A DNA stretch of 47,784 nucleotides from a virus (Duplodnaviria > Heunggongvirae > Uroviricota > Caudoviricetes): the IMG/VR virus record IMGVR_UViG_2706794696_000014; one strand, written 5' to 3'. The translations under genes and the position numbers were made by a program. Positions 9,796-19,279 of this stretch are shown piece by piece. Within the stretch, counting starts at the first letter, position 1. Every line of letters begins with the position of its first letter. Under the pieces are notes generated by a model, which was not told the DNA's origin, made no database searches, and saw nothing but the letters and a program-made list of their open reading frames with translations.

Positions 9796-10542
9796 ATGAA
9801 AAATATTGCGACAGGCGACGTTCTTGAACGTATCCGCAGACTGGCCCCGTCACATGTAACCGCGCCATTCAAGACGGTAGCGGAGTGGCGCGAGTGGCAA
9901 CTTTCCGAAGGCCAGAAACGTTGTGAGGAGATCAACCGTCAGAATCGTCAGTTGCGGGTGGAAAAAATTCTGAATCGCTCTGGCATCCAGCCATTGCACC
10001 GCAAATGCTCGTTTTCGAATTACCAGGTGCAGAACGAAGCGCAGCGATACGCGTTGAGTCAGGCGAAATCCATCGCTGATGAACTGATGACCGGGTGTAC
10101 AAATTTTGCGTTCAGCGGAAAACCTGGTACCGGGAAGAACCACTTAGCGGCAGCTATCGGGAATCGCCTGCTGAAAGACGGTCAGACAGTGATTGTGGTT
10201 ACCGTGGCTGATGTTATGAGTGCCCTGCACGCCAGCTATGACGATGGGCAGTCAGGCGAAAAATTTTTGCGGGAACTATGCGAAGTGGATCTGCTGGTTC
10301 TTGATGAAATTGGCATTCAGCGCGAGACGAAAAACGAGCAGGTGGTGCTGCACCAGATTGTTGATCGCCGGACAGCGTCGATGCGCAGCGTGGGGATGCT
10401 GACAAACCTGAACTATGAGGCCATGAAAACATTGCTCGGCGAGCGGATTATGGATCGCATGACCATGAACGGCGGGCGATGGGTGAATTTTAACTGGGAG
10501 AGCTGGCGTCCGAATGTCGTCCAGCCAGGAATTGAGAAGTAA
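9796..10542 (+). CDS. ydaV: DnaC-like helicase loader / replication protein (AAA+ ATPase), 248 aa
   Basis: Walker A motif [15 protein letters not shown] and Walker B LLVLDEIG; AGGGGG Shine-Dalgarno; follows the O-like gene. Confidence 0.85.
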   Translation: MKNIATGDVLERIRRLAPSHVTAPFKTVAEWREWQLSEGQKRCEEINRQNRQLRVEKILNRSGIQPLHRKCSFSNYQVQNEAQRYALSQAKSIADELMTGCTNFAFSGKPGTGKNHLAAAIGNRLLKDGQTVIVVTVADVMSALHASYDDGQSGEKFLRELCEVDLLVLDEIGIQRETKNEQVVLHQIVDRRTASMRSVGMLTNLNYEAMKTLLGERIMDRMTMNGGRWVNFNWESWRPNVVQPGIEK

Positions 10543-10564
10543 TTTTTACCGGGAGGAAATTTTT

Positions 10565-11326
10565 ATGGAGACTGTTTTTGACGCACTGAAAGCAATGGGA
10601 AAAGCCACATCCATAGAACTTGCTGCGCGACTTGATATCAGTCGTGAAGAAGTGCTGAACGAACTATGGGAACTGAAAAAAGCTGGTTTCGTTGATAAAA
10701 GCGCGTACACCTGGCGTGTGGCTGATAACAACGTTCAGCAGGAACAGCCAATGCAGGCAGAACTGCCGGAAGAAACCACCACGGCAACTGTAGTGAAAAT
10801 CTCAGAGTGCGATTTAACCGCGACGATTGAACAACGCGGACCACAAACGGCGGATGAACTGGCTACGCTGTTCGGTACAACATCCCGCAAAGTTGCTTCA
10901 ACGCTGGCAATGGCAATCAGCAAAGGACGCCTGATTCGCGTAAACCAGAACAGTAAATTTCGTTACTGCATGCCGGGCGATAATTTACCAGCAGAGCCGA
11001 AAGCTGCATCGGTAGCGGAAACTGATGGTAAAGCCTTTCCTCAGCCAGCCGGTGTTGCGTTACCAGTACAGGAAGCGGCAACACAGGAAGATATTAAAAC
11101 AGAAACTGTGGCGGACATTGTGCAGTCGCTGCCATCGTTTACTGAAACGCAAGCGGATGACCTAGTTTTACCATCGCTGCATATGGCAAACCGCGAACTG
11201 CGTCGGGCGAAAAATCATGTCCAGAAGTGGGAGCGAGTCTGCGCCGCGCTGCGGGAGCTGAACAAGCACCGGGATATTGTCCGACAGATTGTCGATTCCT
11301 CCAGTCGTATTGTGTCGGAAAAGTGA
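10565..11326 (+). CDS. Hypothetical phage protein (DUF1627-like; possibly the full-length counterpart of ydaW)
   Basis: ORF starting [31 protein letters not shown] after a GGGAGG Shine-Dalgarno; N-terminal winged-helix-like region. Confidence 0.6.
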   Translation: METVFDALKAMGKATSIELAARLDISREEVLNELWELKKAGFVDKSAYTWRVADNNVQQEQPMQAELPEETTTATVVKISECDLTATIEQRGPQTADELATLFGTTSRKVASTLAMAISKGRLIRVNQNSKFRYCMPGDNLPAEPKAASVAETDGKAFPQPAGVALPVQEAATQEDIKTETVADIVQSLPSFTETQADDLVLPSLHMANRELRRAKNHVQKWERVCAALRELNKHRDIVRQIVDSSSRIVSEK

Positions 11327-11341
11327 TTGCCGGAGGCGCTT

Positions 11342-11758
11342 ATGGCAAAAGTTTTTACACAGGAAGAGCGTGAAAAAATTAAGGAGCAGGTTGTTGAGTT
11401 GGTACGCCAGAGTGGGCGCGAGACGTTAAGGCAACTGGAGGCCAAGACAGGTGCGACAAGATATCTGATGAGCATTCTTGCCAGAGAGTTGGTTGCCAGT
11501 GGCGATGTATACAACTCTGGCTATGGGTTATTCCCGTCTGAACAGGCTCGTAAGGATTGGAAAAACGCCCGCAAAAAACTATCCAGGGCAAAGGTGAAAA
11601 AAACGGTTGTGGTTGATCCTGACCTTATCTGGTCATTACCAGACGGAGAAATACGCCGCTATGACAGGCGTCAGAACATAATCTGTCGCGAGTGCCGGAA
11701 GAGTGAAGTTATGAAACGTGTACTGGCATTTTATCAAGGAAATCTTCGGTATTTATAG
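11342..11758 (+). CDS. Hypothetical phage protein, 138 aa
   Basis: ORF MAKVFTQEEREKIKEQVVELVRQSGRETL after a GGAGG Shine-Dalgarno; normal GC content; directly follows the previous gene. Confidence 0.55.
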   Translation: MAKVFTQEEREKIKEQVVELVRQSGRETLRQLEAKTGATRYLMSILARELVASGDVYNSGYGLFPSEQARKDWKNARKKLSRAKVKKTVVVDPDLIWSLPDGEIRRYDRRQNIICRECRKSEVMKRVLAFYQGNLRYL

Positions 11759-11832
11759 ACGTTACTAGATCAAAGAGCATTAGTTCATATGTAAATTGAC
11801 ATTTTTCTGGCACAGGGGAGAGCTAGCGTGGT

Positions 11833-11858
11833 TGTCCGCTTTGTGCCAATAGCGGACA
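11833..11858. promoter_or_regulatory. Perfect 8-bp inverted repeat (TGTCCGCT-N10-AGCGGACA) upstream of the AT-rich two-gene operon
   Basis: Read directly from the sequence; followed by a consensus Shine-Dalgarno TAAGGAGG (11884-11891) and a TATAAT hexamer at 11929-11934. Confidence 0.3.
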
Positions 11859-11896
11859 TTGCTGGCTCATGGTATGTTAGTTTAAGGAGGCAGGTT

Positions 11897-12919
11897 ATGC
11901 CCTGTATTTCGCTGTGGTATAATAGTTGCGCAATTGATACAAGGGAGCGTTACATCGTGAAAATTGTTTTCGAGGTTAATGGAAAGAAAGTTCCACTAAA
12001 ATCTTTAAAATACATAAGCAAAAAAGATCAACTCGAAGTAATGAAAAACTGGTTCTTTGAAAACTTTGAAGATCCGGCAAATGCTTGTCCGTATGAAAGT
12101 AGAGAAGGTGGCTATGCTTACATATATGGCGGGCCGTATGATGCGAGCGAAGAACTACAATCCATCTTCGGTCAATATGTTAAATCTGAGTATATTGAGG
12201 AATTAGTAGATGAATTACAAACACAATGTTTTGACTGGTCTGGAAACTCAAATAATATAGATGATTGGTACGATGATGATATCTACGACGCTGTAACGTC
12301 TTCCGGTAATCCGTATTTAAAATTCATTGATAATATCGATAAAATAAAAAAACTTGCAAAAGATAAAACTGAACAACAGCAAAAAAACCACTTGCTTAGT
12401 TTGCTCTACACGAATGTTATTACAGCTTTGGAAACGCTTTATGTTGAGCTATTCATTAATTCTATAGAGAAAGATGATGTCTACATAGCCAATTGTATAG
12501 AAAAAGGTAAGACTGAATTTAAAGTAAGCAAAGATATTGCTGCGTTGCCTTTCAAGGGTGAACCCATCGAGAAAATTAGGGGAGAGCTAATCAGGTCAAT
12601 CAAGGAACACTTGATCAGTGCAAGCTGGCATAGCACTAAAAAGGTAATCGACCGCTATGAAGCTACATTCGATATAAAAGTACAAAAAGACTGTCCGATA
12701 GAAGCTATTGAATTGGCAACCCTCAATCGAAATCACTTAGTGCATCGTGGTGGAAAGGATAAAGAAGGGAACCTCGTAGTGATTACAGACCAGGATCTTG
12801 AAACGCTGATTGAAAATGCATCGAACCTGGCAATTATGCTCTACAACAGTTTAAATGTAGCAACGAATAAAACCACCATTTTGCAACCAGATGACAAACC
12901 GTTCATTCATGAATTTTAA
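11897..12919 (+). CDS. Unknown protein, gene 1 of AT-rich accessory operon; carries a candidate HEPN-type R-x4-H motif (LNRNHLVHRGG) near the C-terminus
   Basis: ATG at 11897 six nt after TAAGGAGG (GTG alternatives at 11828 and 11957); markedly AT-rich, K/N/I/E/D-rich coding sequence unlike flanking phage genes; no family recognised by eye. Confidence 0.6.
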   Translation: MPCISLWYNSCAIDTRERYIVKIVFEVNGKKVPLKSLKYISKKDQLEVMKNWFFENFEDPANACPYESREGGYAYIYGGPYDASEELQSIFGQYVKSEYIEELVDELQTQCFDWSGNSNNIDDWYDDDIYDAVTSSGNPYLKFIDNIDKIKKLAKDKTEQQQKNHLLSLLYTNVITALETLYVELFINSIEKDDVYIANCIEKGKTEFKVSKDIAALPFKGEPIEKIRGELIRSIKEHLISASWHSTKKVIDRYEATFDIKVQKDCPIEAIELATLNRNHLVHRGGKDKEGNLVVITDQDLETLIENASNLAIMLYNSLNVATNKTTILQPDDKPFIHEF

Positions 12920-12934
12920 TAGCGCAGGTCATAC

Positions 12935-13936
12935 ATGGATATTCGCACACGAAAGACAAAATTTTTAGAGTCGTTAGATTCAACTGAAGTGATACGCAAA
13001 GCAGTAAGTCTCGCTATAGATTGCATTATTGATAATCATAATAGTAATGAAGATACCCCCTTAGTTATTACCAGCTATGATGATCTCTGTAGAATCCAGG
13101 TGCTAAATTATGTACAGGAGTTTTGCGAAGCTGCATTCCCTGATATGGATGAATATTACTTTAGTCCTAACATACTTCGCATCAACGGCAAGACTAGTGA
13201 AGAAGCTTGTATTAACTTAATTAAACTCTTAAGAAGTACAAAAGGCATGCTATTCTGGTCCGATGCCCCATCGTGGTTCGCTAGCCTCCCCGACGGATTA
13301 TTCCATGTTGTTAACATTGATCAAAAAATCGTTACTCGCGGCCTTAATAAGAAAAACTCTAAGCCGACAATAATCAATAAAGATTACAGTGTAGATACAC
13401 TACTATCAGAGCTATTTTTGAATGGCGCACACATGGAGCAACCCAACGTACACAACGTTTCTGAGGGAAACATGAAGTTCTATGATGAATGCCATGCTGG
13501 ATTAATCAGACCAATACCCGCTCCAATAGGCGCGTCATACGATGAAGAGATCACAATTAATTCTCCAGATTGGCAAAAGCTCGCGTGTGTAGCTTTACGC
13601 CGCTATCAGTCGAAGGAATGTCATGACGGAATGCAATGGGATACAACCGATCATGGTTGGACTGATGTAATCGCGTATCCATTCGTCGAAGAAATACAAT
13701 CAATGGATAATAGTGGTTATCGACAATGTTTAGTTGGGCTGGTCACAATAAACAATTCAAATGCAAATTCTCCGTACCTATCTACCGTTTGGATACATCC
13801 ATTTTATCGCAGGAGAGGGTTATTAAGTAAGTTATGGCCAAAATTACAAGAGTTATATGGAAGTAACTTCGAAATTGAGCGACCTAATGAAAATATGAAA
13901 GCATTTCTGAAAAGTGCGAAACACGCAGATTACTAA
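12935..13936 (+). CDS. Unknown protein, gene 2 of AT-rich accessory operon; C-terminal GNAT-like acetyl-CoA-binding motif (VWIHPFYRRRGLLSKLW)
   Basis: 333-aa ORF starting 15 nt after the gene 1 stop (operonic); AT-rich; the motif resembles GNAT motif A but the domain looks short. Confidence 0.6.
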   Translation: MDIRTRKTKFLESLDSTEVIRKAVSLAIDCIIDNHNSNEDTPLVITSYDDLCRIQVLNYVQEFCEAAFPDMDEYYFSPNILRINGKTSEEACINLIKLLRSTKGMLFWSDAPSWFASLPDGLFHVVNIDQKIVTRGLNKKNSKPTIINKDYSVDTLLSELFLNGAHMEQPNVHNVSEGNMKFYDECHAGLIRPIPAPIGASYDEEITINSPDWQKLACVALRRYQSKECHDGMQWDTTDHGWTDVIAYPFVEEIQSMDNSGYRQCLVGLVTINNSNANSPYLSTVWIHPFYRRRGLLSKLWPKLQELYGSNFEIERPNENMKAFLKSAKHADY

Positions 13937-14489
13937 TTTATGAATCAGTCTGTGGAGTTAGGGTTGGTGTGAACAAGTAGGGTAAGAGCCTCAACGTGAT
14001 GCTATGCCGACCTGCTCCCTGAGAATTCACACAGAAGGCTGCTAGCAATGTCTGCAGATCGCTCAAAGCGGACTAAAATGTTGGCTTGTTTCTGACTTAG
14101 AGCATTTAAGGAAGTGCTGGTGGTGACTGGTTGTTGTGTTCCATTTCTACAGAATAAAATCACAGAAACTATACCCAATAGTTGTATTGAATCACTGACG
14201 AGACAGCCTCATATTTATCAGGACTGGTGTGCGTCTAATACAGGGGGTTGTCGTGCTGGTTCTCAAATGTGCGCTGGCTATTGCGGCTGTAATGGCAATT
14301 TATTGTCTTGCTGTTGTTCTTATGGAGCGGCTTTCTGATTGATTACATACTGGCTAGAAAAAAGGTGTTACCTTGGTTTATCTTTGTCCGGCAAGGTGCG
14401 CTCATTAATCTTAAGTAAATTTATTGCTCAAGTATTCAGATTACTTCTTATGGTTGAAGTCTCCTGTCAATGTAGAACCAATATATTTA

Positions 14490-14530
14490 CAAAAATGAGA
14501 CCCGTCGGGGATAGCCCTGCCGGGTCTGAC
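14490..14530 (-). terminator. Rho-independent terminator for the minus-strand accessory gene
   Basis: On the minus strand: AGACCCG-loop-CGGGTCT stem followed by CATTTTTG; about 30 nt past the stop of the 14557..14895 gene. Confidence 0.5.
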
Positions 14531-14556
14531 TGTTAAAGCATTTTTAATATGATCAT

Positions 14557-14895
14557 CTATTTTTTGGTGCTATAGACTTTTTCGCCCGAAAAGTCTGGAG
14601 CGACCCAAAAGTTAATATTAAACTGAGCATCATCGCTTAGTTCAACACGGTGCCAGTATTGTGGTGGGCTTGTTGCAAAAGCGCCAGCATTAATGACTAC
14701 TTTTATCTCCGGTTCAGTAGCATTCTCATCAGTAAAACCATAATATGTTACAGTGCCTTCCATTACGCACAACTGCCCAAAAACACCTGCTGCTGTATTA
14801 TGATGTGTTAATAACGCTGAAGGTACGTTCTCTTTTGTGAAGAACGGAGTTGAGCGTTTGATTACCCAATCTTTAGGAATTCTCTTGTGTGTCAT
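14557..14895 (-). CDS. Small conserved protein of unknown function (possibly DUF1971 / TehB-N-like), 112 aa
   Basis: ORF MTHKRIPKDWVIKRSTPFFTKENVPSALLTHHNTAAGVFGQLCVMEGTVTYYGF preceded by a GGAGGAGG Shine-Dalgarno; sits inside the AT-rich accessory segment on the opposite strand; the family assignment is from memory and uncertain. Confidence 0.6.
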   Translation of the reverse strand: MTHKRIPKDWVIKRSTPFFTKENVPSALLTHHNTAAGVFGQLCVMEGTVTYYGFTDENATEPEIKVVINAGAFATSPPQYWHRVELSDDAQFNINFWVAPDFSGEKVYSTKK

Positions 14896-15708
14896 AACCA
14901 CCTCCTCCAAAACATGCATTAAAAATGCATCTTTTGGAGGGTTATGTCAAGCTGTTATGAAACACATAATTGATATGTTGATTAGAGGAGAAGATAGAAT
15001 AAATATGGTTGTTTTTCGTATAACTATTTGTTTTACTTTTAGTTTATGCATTCTGTGTGTTAGGAATAAGTTATTAAAGTTTAATCAAAAAATCTCGATG
15101 TAGTCCACATAGATTACTGTTACTGAACCTTATTGTGTGTATTAGTTGTGTTCTGAAATTTCAGCTTAATTATTTATGATGTATTTTTTAACGATAAATA
15201 TTTTCCCAGGATACCTTTACTGTGTATATAAATAAATTATATACGCATAAATAATGTAAAGGCGTCCTTTTAGATATATCTTATCAAATGTTAATGACTT
15301 GAGTGGGAAATATGATTCCAGCAACTTATCATGTGGCTACTTTATAAAAATAATGCCCATATAAAACAACAAGCGAAAAGGATTACGGATAAAAAAGGAG
15401 CGAGATGTGCGAACTTGTTATTTTCCATGTTTAACCACCTTAAATAATTGATGATGACGGGATGATTGCATCTGTAATGCTTTTATTGAAATGTTATGAT
15501 AAAAAAGAACTTTTGCATAACATTAAAATGTAATTTATCTAATCGTTTTTAATAATAAGTGTCGTATTTCTATCCTTGTACCAGCTATTTGATATGTAGT
15601 GTTTGTTCATGCTATGTGGGGCTTTACACCATAGCCAGTTTATTTATACTTTATTCGTCAGCCTGAACAACTGGCATCTGCTGCGCTGCGCCATCGAGAG
15701 ATTGAGAA

Positions 15709-16308
15709 ATGGCGCATATACAACTGGTCAAACAAACCTCTTCTGGTTTACTTCTCCCGGCGACGCCGGAGAGTTGCGATTTTCTGCATCAAATCAAAAT
15801 AGGTGAGTGGATACACGCAGACTTTAAGCGTGTGCGTAACTACGCATTCCACAAGCGTTTTTTCAAACTCCTGCAACTGGGATTCGATTACTGGACTCCG
15901 GTCGGTGGGGCGATCACGCCTCGCGAACGAGAACTGCTGTCTGGTTTCGTTGATTACCTGTGCGAATCAGTTGGTCGGGAACACACGCCAGCCCTGAGTG
16001 ATGCCGCAGAGCAATACCTTAACACCGTTGCGACTCGTAGAACCCGGGATACGGCGTTGCTAAAGTCGTTTGAGGCTTTCCGCGAGTGGGTAACCATTCA
16101 GGCCGGATTTTACACCGAGCATATTTATCCGGACGGTAGCCGTGGGCGTCGGGCAAAATCCATCGCTTTTGCGAATATGGACGAAGTCGAGTTTCAGCAG
16201 GTTTATAAATCTGTACTGAATGTGCTGTGGAACTGGATTCTGTTCCGTAAATTCTCCTCTCAGGAGGAAGTTGAAAATGTGGCCGCACAACTACTGGAGT
16301 TTGCGTAA
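15709..16308 (+). CDS. Phage nin-region protein (DUF1367-like), 199 aa
   Basis: ORF MAHIQLVKQTSSGLLLPATPESCDFLHQIKIGEWIHADFKRVRNYAFHKRFF; directly upstream of a small zinc-binding protein and Q, as in lambdoid nin regions. Confidence 0.7.
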   Translation: MAHIQLVKQTSSGLLLPATPESCDFLHQIKIGEWIHADFKRVRNYAFHKRFFKLLQLGFDYWTPVGGAITPRERELLSGFVDYLCESVGREHTPALSDAAEQYLNTVATRRTRDTALLKSFEAFREWVTIQAGFYTEHIYPDGSRGRRAKSIAFANMDEVEFQQVYKSVLNVLWNWILFRKFSSQEEVENVAAQLLEFA

Positions 16309-16598
16309 TGGTGAATTTACGTAAAGCGGCTAAAGGCCAGATGTGCCAGATCAGAATCCCTGGCTACTGCAATCACAATCCCGAAACCTCTGTGCTGGCG
16401 CATTACAGGCTGGCGGGGACGTGCGGAACAGCGACAAAACCACATGATATGCAGGCGGCGATAGCCTGTAGCTCATGCCACGATCTAATCGACGGGCGGG
16501 TAAAAACCAGCGATTACACCAAAGAAGAATTGCGCCTGATGCATGCTGAAGGGGTTTTTCGCACACAAGAAATCTGGAGAAAGAAAGGTCATTTATGA
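16308..16598 (+). CDS. Small Cys-rich nin-region protein (DUF1364 / YbcO-like putative nuclease), 96 aa
   Basis: 96-aa ORF with cysteine clusters (CQIRIPGYC ... CSSCHDLIDG); start overlaps the upstream stop (TAATG). Confidence 0.7.
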   Translation: MVNLRKAAKGQMCQIRIPGYCNHNPETSVLAHYRLAGTCGTATKPHDMQAAIACSSCHDLIDGRVKTSDYTKEELRLMHAEGVFRTQEIWRKKGHL

Positions 16599-17137
16599 TT
16601 TACCCAACGAATACAGGAAAAAGCGGAGAACACCTTCGCCTCACCACGCTGGAAAGTGTCTGGATTCAGGGAAAACTACGTATGTGGGGGCGCTGGTCGT
16701 ATATTGGCGGTGGCAGGTCAGGGAATATGTTCAATCAGTTGTTGGCATCCAAAAAACTGACGAAAACAGCCATTAATGAAGCCCTGCGCAGAATGAAAAA
16801 AGCGGGAATAGAGAAAGCTGAGCTGGAAGCGTTTTTGCGAGAGATGATCAACGGCAAGCAAAAGAGCTGGCTGGCGCATTGTACTGATGCAGAGGCGTTA
16901 TGTATTGATCGAGTCATAAGTGAGGTGCTGGCAGAGCATCCAGGATTGATTTGCATTCTCCGGCAACGCTATGAAGGGCGGGGGATGACTAAGCGCAAAA
17001 TGGCTGAATTGCTAAATGATGCACACCCAGAGTGGTGTTTTAGCACATGCGAAAAACGGATTGCTAATTGGTTAGCTGTTGCTGAGTATGCCCTATATAT
17101 TCCCATGCGTGAATCATTTGCTGAGAAAATGGCTTGA
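16595..17137 (+). CDS. Late-gene antitermination protein Q-like, 180 aa
   Basis: Last gene before a tR'-like terminator and the lysis cassette; start overlaps the previous stop; size and position fit a lambdoid Q. The specific Q family is not certain. Confidence 0.65.
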   Translation: MIYPTNTGKSGEHLRLTTLESVWIQGKLRMWGRWSYIGGGRSGNMFNQLLASKKLTKTAINEALRRMKKAGIEKAELEAFLREMINGKQKSWLAHCTDAEALCIDRVISEVLAEHPGLICILRQRYEGRGMTKRKMAELLNDAHPEWCFSTCEKRIANWLAVAEYALYIPMRESFAEKMA

Positions 17138-17217
17138 TTTCTTACGTATAAACTGCTTCAATTTTGCTATGCTTCGCAAAGCTGTATCGCGAGGCGGATT
17201 GCAGACATGGACATCGT
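17138..17217 (+). promoter_or_regulatory. Putative Q-dependent late promoter (pR'-like) and qut region
   Basis: About 80 bp between the Q stop and a strong intrinsic terminator; contains TTGCTA ... TATCGC-like hexamers; assigned by position only. Confidence 0.25.
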
Positions 17218-17245
17218 AAAAAAACCGCTTAATGCGGTTTTTTTA
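17218..17245 (+). terminator. Rho-independent terminator (tR'-like) downstream of Q
   Basis: AAAAAAACCGCttaatGCGGTTTTTTT: 6-bp GC stem, 5-nt loop, A-tract before and T-tract after. Confidence 0.7.
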
Positions 17246-17562
17246 CGTCAGGAAAGCAGGGGAGAATGCTGCTAGTTGGGCAACTGGTCTTTCTGCTCCA
17301 AATTATAACAGAGACCAGTTATAGTTTCGGTGCTGTGTTTTTTTTACAATATTGTGATAACACATTGCTGGCGGGAGTTTTGATATTTCTTGGCAGGGGC
17401 TGATGATGCGTTATCCTGATGTCGTCAACTCATATAAAATGAGATGAGAGATCATTGCAGGGTGGTTTGTAATTCGCTGTTTAGCGGGACAATATGTTGT
17501 CTGATACAAGACACCCGACGCCTCAGATTACTATAATAAAGACGAAGCATCCTTTGTATTGA

Positions 17563-17592
17563 CCAACCGCCTGTTTAGGCGGTTCTTTTTGG
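17563..17592 (+). terminator. Rho-independent terminator-like hairpin
   Basis: ACCGCCT-gttt-AGGCGGT followed by TCTTTTT. Confidence 0.5.
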
Positions 17593-18181
17593 GCTGGTTT
17601 ATTGTATGCCAAATGATTATTAAAAAGGTTGTGTTAATAACAAGATCCGAAATAATATGCCTGCATATTTTTATCTTGCTTATATTCTGCATATTGTGCA
17701 TAGCAGGCTCATCCCTGCAATCAAAACTGTATGATGAGTATTTTTTGTTTTCCTTTTTTCCAGTCATCTGATGATGACCTGCTTCTTTTTAATCCGGATC
17801 GACATCAGTTTTTTAAGATAATTCCTGCGAGTTATATGCATAAATGCCACAAACTCCGCATTTTATGTGGTTGGGAGTTGCCGGGCGCGCAGTGAGTTTG
17901 CTAAGAAAACTCCTGCATGGTGAATCCCCCTGTGCGGTGGGGTGATACCATTAACCTTTTCTGTCGCCGACAGGTATCACGAACATTTTGTTCACCGGGA
18001 GGCACCCGGCACCATGCACTTCAATAGATTCTCTCCACATTATGGATATTCTTTCAGAATATCCCACGCAGACTTTGTGTAAATGTTAACAAATGTGCGT
18101 TTTATTTGATCTGATTCGCTGTTTGAGCGTCCAAAACAACGGTATATATAATCCTTTACTATATGACATATGTGAGGAAAA

Positions 18182-18610
18182 ATGGGTTTTCGTAGCGCAT
18201 CAATTCTTACGTTGATTATTAGTGGGATTATTATCGGGTGCACTGATGCTGTATCGACAAATTATCATGACCGTACATCATATTACTCCGATAAAGCAAT
18301 AGAGACACAGTATGTGAGTTCATCTGAACGTACTTCTGATGTTAGTGAGGATATCCGTCTGTATGCCCATCAAATCAAGAGCGCCATCGAAAAACAGTTC
18401 GGGGATGCGAGTAAGTATTCAGGAAAAGAGTGTACACTGAGAATGCATATGGCCCCGAATGGCCTTCTACTGGAGGTTAAAAGAGAAAGTGGAGACCTCG
18501 ATTTATGTCGTGAAGCGATGAATGCGATAAAGAATGCTGATATACCTGCCCCCCCTTCGCCGGAAGTATATAAAGTATTTCAAAATGGGGTGCTGGATTT
18601 TAAACCCTGA
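18182..18610 (+). CDS. Lipoprotein with a C-terminal TolA domain III-like region (moron), 142 aa
   Basis: Signal peptide plus lipobox (LIISGIIIGC); C-terminal YAHQIKSAIEKQFGDASKYSGKECTLRMHMAPNGLLLEVKRESGDLDLCREAMNAIKNADIPAPPSPEVYKVFQNGVLDFKP closely resembles the C-terminus of E. coli TolA as I remember it. Confidence 0.7.
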   Translation: MGFRSASILTLIISGIIIGCTDAVSTNYHDRTSYYSDKAIETQYVSSSERTSDVSEDIRLYAHQIKSAIEKQFGDASKYSGKECTLRMHMAPNGLLLEVKRESGDLDLCREAMNAIKNADIPAPPSPEVYKVFQNGVLDFKP

Positions 18611-18760
18611 TATTTATTGTTTTGTAATAAACGGTTTCGGCTTAGGTTTGTTCTGACACAGCTACGGCACTGAGCTAAATTTAGCGGATAGTCAGCTCTG
18701 AGCCAGTGGCGGACGTAACAACTACTATTGCTGAGATTTTAATGGATTGAGGAGCAAGAA

Positions 18761-19156
18761 GTGGGATTAAAGAAAATCGTTATGTTGACTTTTTGGGTCG
18801 GTTTTGTTGCGGGATGCACACCTTTACACCCTTCAGATTGCCACAAAACTACTGCTACAGGTAGTTGCAGTTCAGGACGCTGGGATGATCAGGATGAATG
18901 GGGGGCGCAAGCGCGGGGAATCAGAGCTGCAATTAATGCCAAACTTGATGAGCCGCATAACTGGAAAGGGAAAAAATGCAGGTTGCATATGGAATTCTCT
19001 CAGGATGGCACGGCGTTAAAAATATCTACCAGTAACGGTGATAAAGCCTATTGCGAAGCGATAAAGTCCGCAGCTCATAAAGCCAAATTTCCGGCCTTCA
19101 ACAATCCGGAAGTCTACAGAGATTTTCAGAAATCTGGCTTTGACATGCGAGGTTAG
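18761..19156 (+). CDS. Second, diverged paralogous lipoprotein with TolA-III-like C-terminus, 131 aa (GTG start)
   Basis: Lipobox VAGC; GAGGAG Shine-Dalgarno; shares the motifs I..AI..K...GKKC.LHM..S.DG..L.I....GD...C.A...A...AKFPA...PEVY..FQ with the upstream gene. Confidence 0.65.
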   Translation: MGLKKIVMLTFWVGFVAGCTPLHPSDCHKTTATGSCSSGRWDDQDEWGAQARGIRAAINAKLDEPHNWKGKKCRLHMEFSQDGTALKISTSNGDKAYCEAIKSAAHKAKFPAFNNPEVYRDFQKSGFDMRG

Positions 19157-19279
19157 CTCTTCAATTACTATATCTCATTCATAGCAAACTGACAGATTTG
19201 ATGATGTTCTATATACGAAACCTGTGATGTCAAGTCTGAGCTAATACAAATAAACATAATATCAGAGAAATACATTTTA

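Noticed and set aside
9360-9935. 191-aa minus-strand ORF
   Set aside because: Entirely antisense to the well-supported ydaU/ydaV replication genes; no start signal; a typical shadow ORF.
14114-14338. 74-aa Cys-rich ORF (CAGYCGCNGNLLSCCCSYG) downstream of the two-gene operon
   Set aside because: GTG start only 2 nt after an AAGGA motif (spacing too short) and no recognisable signal peptide; cysteine richness comes from TGT/TGC-rich DNA. A real Cys-rich peptide cannot be fully excluded; it would need proteomics or conservation evidence.
17531-17771. Overlapping 78-aa (minus) and 70-aa (plus) ORFs in the AT-rich region after Q
   Set aside because: Mutually overlapping on opposite strands in very AT-rich DNA, with hydrophobic low-complexity translations and no Shine-Dalgarno; most likely non-coding.
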